This document shows, one piece after another, positions 22,516 through 32,819 of a DNA stretch of 64,000 bases. This DNA is from TPA_inf: Saccharomyces. Its lineage: Eukaryota. Location of the stretch: assembly GCA_000146045.2 (NCBI GenBank), contig BK006947.3, forward strand, positions 320,001 to 384,000, given 5' to 3'. Within the stretch, counting starts at the first letter, position 1. Every line of letters starts with the position of its first letter. The notes beneath the pieces are model-generated. The model saw only the letters and a program-made list of their open reading frames with translations. It was not told where the DNA came from and ran no database searches. The position numbers and the translations under genes are program-made.

Positions 22516-23340
22516 ATGTCGGCGGCTATCGAAAAAGAAACCGGAATGTTGGATGTAGGAAAGCACTGTGCATATTGTAGACAACTAGACTTCCTACCTT
22601 TCCATTGTTCGTTTTGCAATGAAGATTTCTGCTCGAACCATAGACTTAAGGAAGATCACCACTGTAGGTGGTTGCTAGAGCATGAAGAAGTTCATAAAAC
22701 TGAAAAAAGTCCTAGCAAAAGCCGGGATGGCTCAAGTTCTAACGATGAAGCATATTTCAAGAGTCTGTTACCTGAGAGGGCCAGTGTTAGAATCCAGAGA
22801 GTAAGTGAAACAAGAGAGCCTTTGAGAGGTTCTAACACTGCCAAAGTGAGCTCTACTTTGAACTCAAAGACATTAGACAAAATATTTAAGTTCTTCCAAA
22901 GGAATGAGAAAAGAAAGAGCAATAACAAATCAAAAAAGAATTTCGGTTCCTCGTCGAATAAGATAATTCAATTGGCTAATCTCAAGAAAATTGCTAAAGG
23001 TGACCCCAAGATTCCTATGCAAAATAGGATTTACATTTGGTGTTACTTGGTGGATGGTGATGAGACGGATATAGCCAAGGAGGATACAAGAATGCCATTA
23101 TACATTAACAAAATGTGGCCTGTGGGTAGGGCCATGGACTATTTGTCTATCCAGCTAAACGTGAAATCTAGCACACTAACTAATTCAAGTTCTAATGACA
23201 AATTTCAACTATGCAAATTGAAAGAGGGTAAACAAGTTTCATTTTATAATATTGGCGCTTCCTTAAGAGTCACTAATGAGATCAAAGATCTTGATACTCT
23301 GTATTTAGTACACAATAACGCCGACGAAAAATCTAATTAA
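22516..23340 (+). CDS. CUZ1: Cuz1, AN1-type zinc-finger protein (Cdc48-associated UBL/zinc finger)
   Basis: The ORF-track entry starts at TTG 22501. The first ATG at 22516 gives 274 aa, MSAAIEKETGMLDVGKHCAYCRQLDFLPFHCSFCNEDFCSNHRLKEDHHC, which is an AN1 zinc finger. Confidence 0.85.
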   Translation: MSAAIEKETGMLDVGKHCAYCRQLDFLPFHCSFCNEDFCSNHRLKEDHHCRWLLEHEEVHKTEKSPSKSRDGSSSNDEAYFKSLLPERASVRIQRVSETREPLRGSNTAKVSSTLNSKTLDKIFKFFQRNEKRKSNNKSKKNFGSSSNKIIQLANLKKIAKGDPKIPMQNRIYIWCYLVDGDETDIAKEDTRMPLYINKMWPVGRAMDYLSIQLNVKSSTLTNSSSNDKFQLCKLKEGKQVSFYNIGASLRVTNEIKDLDTLYLVHNNADEKSN

Positions 23341-23635
23341 GAAGGACACTATAAATAACAAACAATCGCGCGGAACGTCAAGCGTATATACTATATAAAA
23401 AGAAAACAAAAAAAATCAATAACCCATTAAAGATACATAATCAATAAAAAACGATATTAAAAAGCACGTAAAGTACTTAATATTTTTTTAATAATAGACA
23501 TTTTCGCCCTTACTTTTTAAATAAAAAACATAAAAAAATATCAAATGTACATCAAAATCATAATACTAGAACAAAATGTGAAGATCACTGGACGGTGGTG
23601 GGAATGATTACAAAAAACCTCCTCCGTTTTCTATT

Positions 23636-25276
23636 CTAACAGCATCCTAGCTTACTGAAAAAACCTTTCGATGATTTGTTACTATTTCTATCTTGCGCTG
23701 CGTTTTTAGCGTTTTGTTCGTCGTTCGCCGTTGGTTGCGCATTATATGGATACTTGTTAGTTTGACCATTGGCACCTGTATTGGCAAACTGTTTGGATTT
23801 CTGTTGCATTTGCTTTTGTTGTTGCTGAGCATATTTTTGTTGAGTTTGTTGCTGATATGCTTCATACGAAGTTGGATCAAGCTTCGACGCCTCTCTTTCT
23901 TCGTCATAGTGCGAGTCATCTGGTTGTAATTGATAACGATTGGCCTGTTGCTGGGCCTGGGCTTGTTGCAATTGTTGTTGCTGCACTTTGGCTTGTGCTT
24001 GAGCCTGTGCTTGAGCCTGAGCCTGCTGTTGTTGTTGCTGTTGATTGTAATGATGGTGATGATCGGGTGATGAATATTGATGGTTTTTACTTCTATGCCT
24101 TTTTGATTTTTCATTTGGTGGATTTGGGTGACCATAACCATGTAAGTTCGGCTTTTTGTTTATCGACAAATCCCAACCACGGCCACCATTCAGCTTCATC
24201 CAATCATATTGTCCATCTGCTGTTTCACCTAAATCATCCAACACAGATAAAAGTAACATGCGGTAGCCCTCATAATCAGGAGTTTCCTCAAACGATAAAT
24301 TTCTGACTATTTCCAAATACCTACCAAATTGGATTGGGAGACCCTGAGCTAAATCGTAAACATTTGTTAGTCTTTTCTTTTCGCCAATTTTTTCGTACTT
24401 TTGCTTGTTATTTGGTGCTTTCAAACCTTGCCATGGTAGCTGCCCCCTCAAGAAATAAAAGAAGACATGACCCATAGCTTCCATATCGTCTCTTCTCGAT
24501 TGTTCTCTACCCAAATGTGTATTTATCGACATGTATCTTGCTGTGCCACTTAATGATTTCTTTTCCCTGTACGGAATATGTTGTTTAGTTTTTGGATCAC
24601 GATATTGTTTGGCCATACCAAAGTCAATTAGATGAACTTTGTTAGCATCTGGTTGACCCGGTCTTCCGATCAAAAAATTATCAGGTTTAATATCACGGTA
24701 TATCAAATCATGAGCGTGCAAATCTTCAATTAAAGTTATCATTTGTACTGCGACTTGTACAACAGTTTTTACCGAAAATCTTCTTCCACACCAATCGAAT
24801 AAATCTTCTAAAGAAGGACCAAGCAGATCAATAACCAATATGTTATGTAATCCTTCCTGACCAAAGTAGTATTCTTGTGGTATACCAGGTGTTCCCGCTA
24901 AAATTTTATAGGTCCGATATTCGTCCTTTAGCTGTGGGGCTTCTGTTTTTCTTGGTTCAAACTTGATAGCAACTGGTAATCCATTGATCATGTTTGTACC
25001 TTCAAAAAGTACACCAAATGAACCTTCACCGATTTTCTTACCTATCTTATAGTGCAGCCCGACTATAGTGGAATCGTCGCGTGATTGTGAGCCAGAATAG
25101 GAGGCAGAGCTATTGCCAGTGTTGTGATTTAGGTTAGAGCTAACATGTAAGGATGGGGGTAAAGTACCATTGACCAATCTAACATTGCTACGGTTAGGCA
25201 TTTGTGAGTTCATTGTGTTATTATTGACAGCTAAACCAGAGTTCGTTGCTGTCAAAGGACTTTGCACTTGAGACAT
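23636..25276 (-). CDS. YCK2: Casein kinase I isoform Yck2 (plasma-membrane, C-terminally palmitoylated)
   Basis: 546-aa ORF with a CK1 kinase domain (GEGSFGVLFEG, YRDIKPDNFLIG, HLGREQSRRDD), a Q-rich tail and a terminal ...GCC acceptor for palmitoylation. Confidence 0.93.
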   Translation of the reverse strand: MSQVQSPLTATNSGLAVNNNTMNSQMPNRSNVRLVNGTLPPSLHVSSNLNHNTGNSSASYSGSQSRDDSTIVGLHYKIGKKIGEGSFGVLFEGTNMINGLPVAIKFEPRKTEAPQLKDEYRTYKILAGTPGIPQEYYFGQEGLHNILVIDLLGPSLEDLFDWCGRRFSVKTVVQVAVQMITLIEDLHAHDLIYRDIKPDNFLIGRPGQPDANKVHLIDFGMAKQYRDPKTKQHIPYREKKSLSGTARYMSINTHLGREQSRRDDMEAMGHVFFYFLRGQLPWQGLKAPNNKQKYEKIGEKKRLTNVYDLAQGLPIQFGRYLEIVRNLSFEETPDYEGYRMLLLSVLDDLGETADGQYDWMKLNGGRGWDLSINKKPNLHGYGHPNPPNEKSKRHRSKNHQYSSPDHHHHYNQQQQQQQAQAQAQAQAQAKVQQQQLQQAQAQQQANRYQLQPDDSHYDEEREASKLDPTSYEAYQQQTQQKYAQQQQKQMQQKSKQFANTGANGQTNKYPYNAQPTANDEQNAKNAAQDRNSNKSSKGFFSKLGCC

Positions 25277-25668
25277 TTTTGGAAAACTATTTTCTTGGCT
25301 TATATGCTGTGTTCAGTAGAAACAACAAGTTTTGTCTATCAAAATGGAGAAAAAAACTTTCTAATATGATCTGCACAGAAACACGAAACACAACCACGTT
25401 CTTAAATCTCGAAAGAGAAAAACAATATCAAACGAAAGAAGTAATTTCCGTAAAGAAACTCTTTTTTTCTGTCTGAAAAAAAAGGTACTTAGGAATATAT
25501 GCGGATTACAAAGGTATACAAAAAAAACTCTATCTCATACACAATAACTTAAACTTGCTTTTTATTATCATGTTCTTTACTTTTCTTTAATTTCCCTCCT
25601 GAAAAAATTAAAAATTTTTCATTACTCATTTTGTGGAGACACCCACAGCCCACACTTTAATGAGTGTT

Positions 25669-26058
25669 CTAACGTTCAAGGTTGATATTATCACCAAATT
25701 TAGCATACAGGATCGCCTTCAGAGCATCAAGACGGGAATCAATGTCTCTTTGCTTGTCCTCTAAAGTCTCTATTTTGTTGTCGAGACGTTCTGCGTCTTT
25801 TTCGAGCTGTGCGGTAACTTTGCTCTGTTTCATGAAGATAAAGAGGTCGCCCACCTTGTATTGCACGGGCTCATCTTCGTCAATCAATTCAATTTCTAGA
25901 GACACATCATCGAGGTACTCCTTCTCCTCCCTCTGTAAACTCAATTCCTGCGCAATGGCGTCCTTACGCATAATCAACTTCGAAAACTCGTTGATCTTTT
26001 GCTGATCTTCGAACGTTACCTGAGTGTTGTTCCTTTGTCCCTGTGGTAACAGTTCCAT
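25669..26058 (-). CDS. GIM3: Prefoldin subunit 4 (Gim3)
   Basis: 129-aa coiled-coil ORF of the prefoldin beta class. Size and position match YNL153C. Confidence 0.85.
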   Translation of the reverse strand: MELLPQGQRNNTQVTFEDQQKINEFSKLIMRKDAIAQELSLQREEKEYLDDVSLEIELIDEDEPVQYKVGDLFIFMKQSKVTAQLEKDAERLDNKIETLEDKQRDIDSRLDALKAILYAKFGDNINLER

Positions 26059-26312
26059 AATGGTCCTCTGTTAGTTTCTTGGCGTTGTGTATTCTGGTAG
26101 TTTCCGCAGGACCAAACAGAGCATAAGTCCTCTAAGTACTTAGCTTCCTGTAAAATTGTATGAAAAGCCGCCTCTGCTGATCATGAATGACGGCCTAGCG
26201 TTCCTCATATGATTTAGATAAAAACATAGAAAGGTATGTTAATAGTACGAGAGAATTCGGAGACCTTAGGTTTCACAACTGGAATTGGGTTAACTCGTTG
26301 AGTCACTGTCGA

Positions 26313-27542
26313 ATGTCCGAAGAAGTATGGAATGGAAACCAAGGAATCCTCTCCGTATATGTGAGCAAAGCTAGAGACTTGCCTAATTTGAATAAACTGG
26401 ACAAGCAAAATGTAATGCTTAGGTTGCGAATAGCTCATATGACAAGAGCCAGCAACACTCTACATCGAGCAGGTCAAAACCCTGTTTTCCATTATTTAGA
26501 AAAATTTGATATTACTCCAGAGATAAAGCCTTTAATGTACGTCGAAGTTTACTGCGATAGAAGGAAAAAATCTCCGCTGCCAATTGGAAGATGTGAAATA
26601 GACCTTTTAAATGCTATTAGAGCAGACCCGAAGGAGGGTTATTGTACCTGGTACGAACTGAAAAGAAGTGGGGATGAATTTGCTGGCACTATATTCATTG
26701 AGTTGACTTTCACTCCCAAAGTACCTCGTTTAAACAGGGACGATCTTAACAAAGAAATGGACAGGTTGGATTCATCTATGGCTATGAGGCCGATACCACC
26801 ATTGCCAACAGAATCAGAGTATGACTATGTTCATGGTTCTACGATGAGACAGATTACTCCCCAGTGTGTTAGCACAAGTCACGAGGATAAGGATGAGGGA
26901 CAGCCCTACAGAAATGGCAATGTTTTCTCCATGTCATCTAAATCAGATACAGCGGTATTGGCAAATAGTAATGACCCAATAATTTTACCTCCAACTTTTT
27001 CAGCATCCATGGGTACAACGTCTACATTAGAAACTAATGATACTGCTATATCAAACACTTCGAATACAAAATTCCATTTTGCCAATTTAAGGAAATTAAA
27101 GGAGAAGATAAATATATTTAAGAATCCTGATAGTTCAACAAACAACTGCCAAAATGAATCTAACAAGGTAGATATTGAGGCACTTCAAAAGGCTATTGGT
27201 GTAACTTCGTTGTCTTACGACGAAGATGATGACGATGACGACGAAAATGACGCATTTTATTCTTCCAGCCATAGAGTCTCCCACAACTATAACCAACCGC
27301 CCTTACCTCCTATACCGACCAGAGATGATATGTCCAATTATTCAAGTTCGCGCAATACGCCGTTAGTAAGAAGAGATAGACCCTCACGCCTAGATTCCTC
27401 TTCGCCTAACTCACATCCTCATCCATCAGGCCTGAATTCTCCAAAACTACCACCTCTACCGACTACTTCGAATTCCAATTTTAATTCGAGGAAGAATTCG
27501 ATGTCTCCTACAAGAAAAAGACCACCTCCAAGGCTCAGCTAA
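26313..27542 (+). CDS. INN1: Inn1, C2-domain protein required for primary septum ingression
   Basis: The ORF-track entry starts at TTG 26298. The first ATG at 26313 gives 409 aa, with an N-terminal C2-like domain and a C-terminus carrying proline-rich PxxP motifs. Confidence 0.85.
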   Translation: MSEEVWNGNQGILSVYVSKARDLPNLNKLDKQNVMLRLRIAHMTRASNTLHRAGQNPVFHYLEKFDITPEIKPLMYVEVYCDRRKKSPLPIGRCEIDLLNAIRADPKEGYCTWYELKRSGDEFAGTIFIELTFTPKVPRLNRDDLNKEMDRLDSSMAMRPIPPLPTESEYDYVHGSTMRQITPQCVSTSHEDKDEGQPYRNGNVFSMSSKSDTAVLANSNDPIILPPTFSASMGTTSTLETNDTAISNTSNTKFHFANLRKLKEKINIFKNPDSSTNNCQNESNKVDIEALQKAIGVTSLSYDEDDDDDDENDAFYSSSHRVSHNYNQPPLPPIPTRDDMSNYSSSRNTPLVRRDRPSRLDSSSPNSHPHPSGLNSPKLPPLPTTSNSNFNSRKNSMSPTRKRPPPRLS

Positions 27543-27765
27543 TGACAAGAGAAACATGCTGTTATTGTAATACTAATATTTAAATAGAATTAAGATTTTT
27601 AATGTTTACCAAGATTTTTTCTTTTTTAAATTTTATTATTTCAATATGTATACATAAATCTGTTGCGCCCTCACCGCCGATCTAAACCATAAAGAAAAAT
27701 GCTAATTGTACAAATTCTGCTTTGAAGAATATCCAAAAATATGGTAAAGCGGTATAAATTTTCAA

Positions 27766-28521
27766 CTAAAAGGCGGCCTCTTCATTTGGATCCTCTTCAT
27801 CACCGTAATCATCATCGTCACCATTGTTGAAATACTTTTCAGCATTATAATCATCATCATCTTCTTCGTCTTCATCTTCTTCGAAATCATCATCCGCCAA
27901 ATCATCATCTTCTCCTTCGCCTGTTTTACTTCCTTTTGCTGCCCCATCACCCGTCGACGCATCATCCACATCTTCTGCCAACTCCTTTAACTTTGCCAGC
28001 ATGGATAGTCCGATGTTTTCATCTTGTAAACCTGTACCAGTAAAAACATCATCGGCATTATTAAACTTGGAGATTGCCAATAATTTTTTCTTGTTGATCC
28101 CCATTACATTGTACAATTCATTGGGAAAGAGGTTCAAATTATACGGATGATCATCAATAGAAATACCTATTTTCCTTTTTTTCAAATATTTATCGGAATA
28201 TCTTTCAATGCCATCATTAGTATCGTCTTCGTCTAGGATTATGTTGGGTTTGCGTTTACCGCTCTTGCTGTTTTCCTGTTGATCTATTATCAAGCTCATT
28301 GATCCGGTATAAAATGGGCCATCTTTAACAGTCTTTCCAAAATTGATGTACTTTACTGCTAAAGATCTTTCCTTATTTGTTATAGGACCATTGATGGGCA
28401 ATGGGATGGATGGAAATTCCGTAATATGATTTTTGCCTACATCTCCATAACCTAATCCGAAGGGTAGATTGCTCATATAGTTGCTCCCGCCACCTCTACT
28501 GCCGCCCCTATAAGAACTCAT
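27766..28521 (-). CDS. RPC31: RNA polymerase III subunit C31
   Basis: 251-aa ORF with an extremely acidic D/E C-terminal tail, characteristic of Rpc31. The position matches YNL151C. Confidence 0.85.
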   Translation of the reverse strand: MSSYRGGSRGGGSNYMSNLPFGLGYGDVGKNHITEFPSIPLPINGPITNKERSLAVKYINFGKTVKDGPFYTGSMSLIIDQQENSKSGKRKPNIILDEDDTNDGIERYSDKYLKKRKIGISIDDHPYNLNLFPNELYNVMGINKKKLLAISKFNNADDVFTGTGLQDENIGLSMLAKLKELAEDVDDASTGDGAAKGSKTGEGEDDDLADDDFEEDEDEEDDDDYNAEKYFNNGDDDDYGDEEDPNEEAAF

Positions 28522-29366
28522 GTTTGTTCGGGGTATATATGCTCGGTACTATCAAGTTACAATATCTTTCTGTCGTGTTGTTTTCTATAGGTTGCTGCGA
28601 TGAGGAAACTATTTTCTTCTTTGAGATTTTTTCAAATTTCTCTTCATTTTTCATGCGGCCGCACAAGAGTTGAAACCACTGACGAAAGCAATTTCAGTTC
28701 ATTGAGTTACACCTAGCGAGGCACTTCTTTGTGGAATGGTAGCCATTGTATTGAGATTTTTCTTGTCGACCATCAGCCTTTTTCTTCATAAGAGAAAAGA
28801 AGATCTCGTTCATGACTGCTAATTACTTTGAACGATCACCTCTGCAATGTGACATTTGTTCGAAAGCCGCCCATTAGTATTGAAAATAATTTATATTTTC
28901 AATTGGCTAGACTACGAAATTTGGACAAGCCATTGCTGCGTAATCCTTTCTCTTCTACGTCACAGTACATCTCTTTAAACCTTTTCGTTTCTCGGCTGTT
29001 TAAGGAAAGTATCGTCTTGCCGTATCTACATAAATCAATTCTTACCCATTTTCTTTTGCATTCTAGCCGTTAATTCACGGCTTAGTCGTTTGATATCGTG
29101 TTTGAATTGTGAATTGCATCATTCATGCGGAATGGGAATCATCGCAGTCGTTATCCGTCTCACAAACGTCGGCATTTGCTGACTATTAAGGCGACACGTA
29201 ACCTACAAACTCAATTTGAGACGCAAACGCAAGTTGATTAGACGTTGAGAATGATGCAAGTAGCAACATCGGTAATGGTTAGACTATTTTATCAGAAAAC
29301 TATAGAAAAACTAAAAACAAAACAATGTCACAATGACAAAGAGGAACCCATACATACACAGAGAGC

Positions 29367-29756
29367 CTATTCTTCCAGTAGTTCCTCAATATCAGCATCA
29401 CTATCTGGGTCCAACCCTTGGTTTCTTCTCTTAGCCTCTTCCAAAGCGTTTTCAAACAACTCCTGTTGTCTTTTAACTCTTCTTCTAGTTTTCTTACCCC
29501 AACCGAAAGAAGTTGTTTCTGCTGTTGCAGCATCATCTGGCTTGTCGATCAGGTCTTTTGATCTCTTTTCCTCTTTGTCTCGTTTGTCCTTTTCCACTTG
29601 GGCAGCCAACTGCTTCTTCGCCAATTCCCTGGATGCGATATTTCTTAAGAGTAAATAACCACCTACAATTATCACCAATCTTATAAAGTGCTTGTAGTCA
29701 TAGTTGACTAGTTTTGCCATCCAGGTATCCACCCATGTTTCCGCTACTTCAGACAT
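29367..29756 (-). CDS. PGA2: Pga2, ER/nuclear-membrane protein involved in protein trafficking
   Basis: The ORF-track entry starts at TTG 29765. The first ATG at 29756 gives 129 aa (MSEVAETWVDTWMAKL...) with a single TM segment and a charged tail. Confidence 0.75.
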   Translation of the reverse strand: MSEVAETWVDTWMAKLVNYDYKHFIRLVIIVGGYLLLRNIASRELAKKQLAAQVEKDKRDKEEKRSKDLIDKPDDAATAETTSFGWGKKTRRRVKRQQELFENALEEAKRRNQGLDPDSDADIEELLEE

Positions 29757-29906
29757 CTCTTTCAATTACTCGGCAGTTTTTCTCTTCATAACATCTTTTC
29801 CTCATACAAACCGCCGAGTGCACATAAATACAACTACAAATAATAATATGTTGACATCGGATGGAGATCACTAACTAAACCGCCACCGCGCTAATTCTGC
29901 ACAAAT

Positions 29907-30671
29907 TCAAATTTCATCATCGCTCTCCACGTCATCATGGACGTCTTCCACCTCGGCGGATTCTTCGTCTTTTGATAGAATTTCCACAGCCCGCGGACGC
30001 ACAAACGATCCGTGACCCGGCGCCACAGGCCCAAACAGTGTTACCCCATTTATGCGCCCATCGTTTTTGCCTGCGGCTTCCGGGAATTCCACACCGCACC
30101 ATGTGCCCATCACGTCCAACGGTAGTGGTCCTACGTACCGTAAAATGGCCTCACGTGGAGCGCTCCCGTCTACTGTGACACGACAGTGGCGGCCGATAGC
30201 CGCCGTTAATTGCTCTCGGGCATATGCTTCGTCCTGCTTTGCCAGCGCAGCGCGCTGGCTCTGCTGTGCAGCATTAAACCTACCATAGCCGTGAGCCATC
30301 TTCCATCGTAATACGGATTGATCCCTTCGCAAATAATCCTCCTCGCTAATTACTTCCATTGAGGGGATTCCTTCCGCTTGCGTGGCCAGCTGGTTAGAGA
30401 TTGATTGGGCATTAGAGTCTGTAACAACCACAATAAGCTCCTCCTCTCCTTTTAGGAAGTTGGCATCTTCATCCTCATTTGAATAGGCACCCCCCTTTTT
30501 AGTACTATATATCTCCTTGTTGTCGTACTGTCTTTTCACAACTATTTCCATATCCTCTGGTTCCACTCCGGTAACATGGTACAATCGGTCCTTGAACTGC
30601 CTTAATTTAAGCGAATTTGGTAATTCCTTTTCTGTACGGACCAATTCACTCTCTATGACAACTCTAACCAT
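29907..30671 (-). CDS. ALF1: Tubulin-folding cofactor B homologue Alf1 (CAP-Gly domain)
   Basis: 254-aa ORF with a ubiquitin-like N-terminus and a C-terminal CAP-Gly motif (GKNDG...GxxLFGP). Confidence 0.85.
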   Translation of the reverse strand: MVRVVIESELVRTEKELPNSLKLRQFKDRLYHVTGVEPEDMEIVVKRQYDNKEIYSTKKGGAYSNEDEDANFLKGEEELIVVVTDSNAQSISNQLATQAEGIPSMEVISEEDYLRRDQSVLRWKMAHGYGRFNAAQQSQRAALAKQDEAYAREQLTAAIGRHCRVTVDGSAPREAILRYVGPLPLDVMGTWCGVEFPEAAGKNDGRINGVTLFGPVAPGHGSFVRPRAVEILSKDEESAEVEDVHDDVESDDEI

Positions 30672-30939
30672 AGTTTTGCCATGTAATTTTTTTTTCTATC
30701 TCTTTATTTGAATTCGTTGCTCTATGTTCTTGTCGCTTGTCTTCTTCAACTGCCGTTTCCCTGCGAGCCGGAAAAAAGTACTGTTCTTTCGAACAAAGGC
30801 GAAAAAAGCTGTAGCTGAAAACAGACAACTGGGAAACGACAATTAAGAATACGCATGTACGTGTATACTACTACAGTAAAAAAGAAAGTTATTTGAGAGC
30901 AGCACTTTGTTTACTACACAGAACATTAACCAAAAAAAC

Positions 30940-31383
30940 ATGCATCAGCAACACTCCGTATGTTTCACTTCTTATTTTCTTCCGTGGCAATAACCTTCCT
31001 TTTGACTTATTTATACTAACATTATAATAACTATGTTTCCTTTTTGAACTAAGAAATCAGAGAACAAACCACAACAGCAAAGGAAAAAATTCGAAGGCCC
31101 TAAAAGAGAAGCTATTCTGGATTTAGCGAAGTATAAAGATTCTAAAATTCGCGTCAAATTAATGGGTGGTAAATTAGTTATAGGTGTCCTAAAAGGCTAT
31201 GATCAACTGATGAACTTGGTACTTGATGATACAGTAGAATATATGTCTAATCCTGATGATGAAAACAACACTGAACTGATTTCTAAAAACGCAAGAAAGC
31301 TAGGTTTGACCGTCATAAGAGGTACTATTTTGGTCTCTTTAAGTTCCGCCGAAGGTTCTGATGTACTATATATGCAAAAATAG
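30940..31383 (+). CDS. LSM7: Sm-like protein Lsm7; spliced gene with exon 1 at 30940..30957, intron 30958..31053 and exon 2 at 31054..31383
   Basis: Exon 1 reads ATG CAT CAG CAA CAC TCC and is followed by GTATGT. TACTAAC sits at 31014-31020 and the 3' site is ctaAG at 31052-31053. Exon 2 reads KSENKPQQQRKKFEGPKREAILDLAKYKDSKIRVKLMGGKLVIGVLKGYDQLMNLVLDD..., which has Sm motifs. The total is 115 aa. Confidence 0.9.
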
Positions 31384-31385
31384 GT

Positions 31386-31580
31386 TTAATAATATAATCT
31401 CATATAAACTCCCTTCCTTACAGTTGAAAACAAAATCAAATCACGGTATGGCATTTCTTTACATATTCTCAATACCTGACTGACATAGTATGCGCTACAT
31501 AGTTTTGTCCTATTTTTTTTACACCGCGATTTGAAGTCTAAAGCCAGAGAATGAGGAAAAACGAAACAAACTGAGATCAT
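31386..31580 (-). CDS. Possible small ORF YNL146C-A (64 aa from the first ATG); its protein-coding status is uncertain
   Basis: 70-aa ORF in the track. The position between LSM7 and YNL146W matches a small annotated ORF. Nothing in the sequence itself beyond the open frame supports it. Confidence 0.25.
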   Translation of the reverse strand: MISVCFVFPHSLALDFKSRCKKNRTKLCSAYYVSQVLRICKEMPYRDLILFSTVRKGVYMRLYY

Positions 31581-31714
31581 TTGTATAAGGGGAGTCACTG
31601 TACAGCTGCCAATACCAATTTTCCTTCTGCCAAATCAAAAAAGTATCCGCATACACATACACCCCTCCCTCTACAATCTTAATTATTTACTGATTCCTTT
31701 CGTATTTGTCCAGT

Positions 31715-32017
31715 ATGAGCAATACTAAGCATACCACTTCTCATCACATGGAACTCAAAAGGATCATTATCCTTACACTTTTATTCATACTCATAATGTT
31801 GATATTTCGAAACTCAGTGTCCTTCAAAATGACATTTCAAGAACTACTGCCACGATTTTACAAAAAGAATTCAAACTCAGTTAGTAATAATAACAGGCCC
31901 TCATCTATTTTCTCGGAAAACTTGGTGGATTTTGATGATGTTAACATGGTCGATAAGACCAGACTGTTTATTTTTTTATTTTTCAGTTTCATCATTACTA
32001 TACCGTTTATGGTATAA
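31715..32017 (+). CDS. Small membrane protein YNL146W (100 aa)
   Basis: The ORF-track entry starts at TTG 31706. The first ATG at 31715 gives 100 aa with two hydrophobic segments. Confidence 0.55.
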   Translation: MSNTKHTTSHHMELKRIIILTLLFILIMLIFRNSVSFKMTFQELLPRFYKKNSNSVSNNNRPSSIFSENLVDFDDVNMVDKTRLFIFLFFSFIITIPFMV

Positions 32018-32162
32018 ATTAGAAAAGTTAAAGCAGCATGTTTTCATTTGAAACAAATACTAATGCAATAATAGGTACACCATCTACTACATAATTAATT
32101 GATAGTTTCCTTTTCCGTTAAGTGCATGCATAGGACGCCCATAATTTTTTAAGTTAAAAAAG

Positions 32163-32193
32163 CATGTATTTACCTATTCGGGAAATTTACATG
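32163..32193 (+). promoter_or_regulatory. alpha2-Mcm1 a-specific-gene operator upstream of MFA2
   Basis: CATGTATTTACCTATTCGGGAAATTTACATG matches the roughly 31-bp asg operator consensus CATGTAATTACCnAAtAAGGAAATTTACATG. This includes the central Mcm1 CC(N6)GG core and the flanking alpha2 half-sites. It lies 220 bp upstream of the MFA2 ATG. Confidence 0.85.
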
Positions 32194-32413
32194 ACATGGA
32201 TGCCATAAGGAACGAAAATGAAACATGCATGTCAGAGGAAAAAGAACAAAGCGAGAGGAAAAAGCTGTTGCATTACCACGTAATTTTGTATATAAATATC
32301 TGATAAATAACCATTTTATTTCCATCCACTTCTTCTGTCGTTCATCCGTTCATTGACATCACTAGAGACACCAGCGAGCTATCATCTTCATACAACAATA
32401 ACTACCAACCTTA

Positions 32414-32530
32414 ATGCAACCGATCACCACTGCTTCCACACAAGCCACTCAGAAGGATAAATCCTCTGAAAAGAAAGACAACTATATAATCAAGGGCCTC
32501 TTCTGGGATCCCGCCTGTGTTATCGCTTAA
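32414..32530 (+). CDS. MFA2: a-factor mating pheromone precursor (38 aa, C-terminal CVIA CAAX box)
   Basis: Direct read gives ATG CAA CCG ATC ACC ACT GCT TCC ... = MQPITTASTQATQKDKSSEKKDNYIIKGLFWDPACVIA*. The ORF is shorter than 60 aa, so it is absent from the ORF track. The alpha2-Mcm1 operator lies upstream (see the 32163..32193 feature). Confidence 0.95.
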   Translation: MQPITTASTQATQKDKSSEKKDNYIIKGLFWDPACVIA

Positions 32531-32819
32531 TTTTTGACGACAACCAAGAGGTCAAATCAATATCTACCCTTTCATTTATTACGTGTTGCTGGCAAACTAA
32601 TTTATTCCAATTCTCTCATCATTAGCTCACCCTTTCCATACTTTTTCATACTTTTATACATATGTATTTGTAGTTATCACTTTAACAGATTTTTTCATGT
32701 TTTTCTTTTCTGATACGCCTTTCCCTCCGCAGGAAATGAAAGATGAACCACCCATTACATTCGATTTTTTTTTTAATTATATTTTTGACTATTATTTAAT
32801 CATTAAAAACACATATATT

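Noticed and set aside
23647-24306. Two long ORFs (164 aa minus, 149 aa plus) overlapping the 3' part of YCK2
   Set aside because: They are alternative-frame translations of the CAG/GCT repeat region of YCK2 (low-complexity N/Q/H/L runs) and fully overlap a strongly supported kinase gene. They are artefacts of the repeat.
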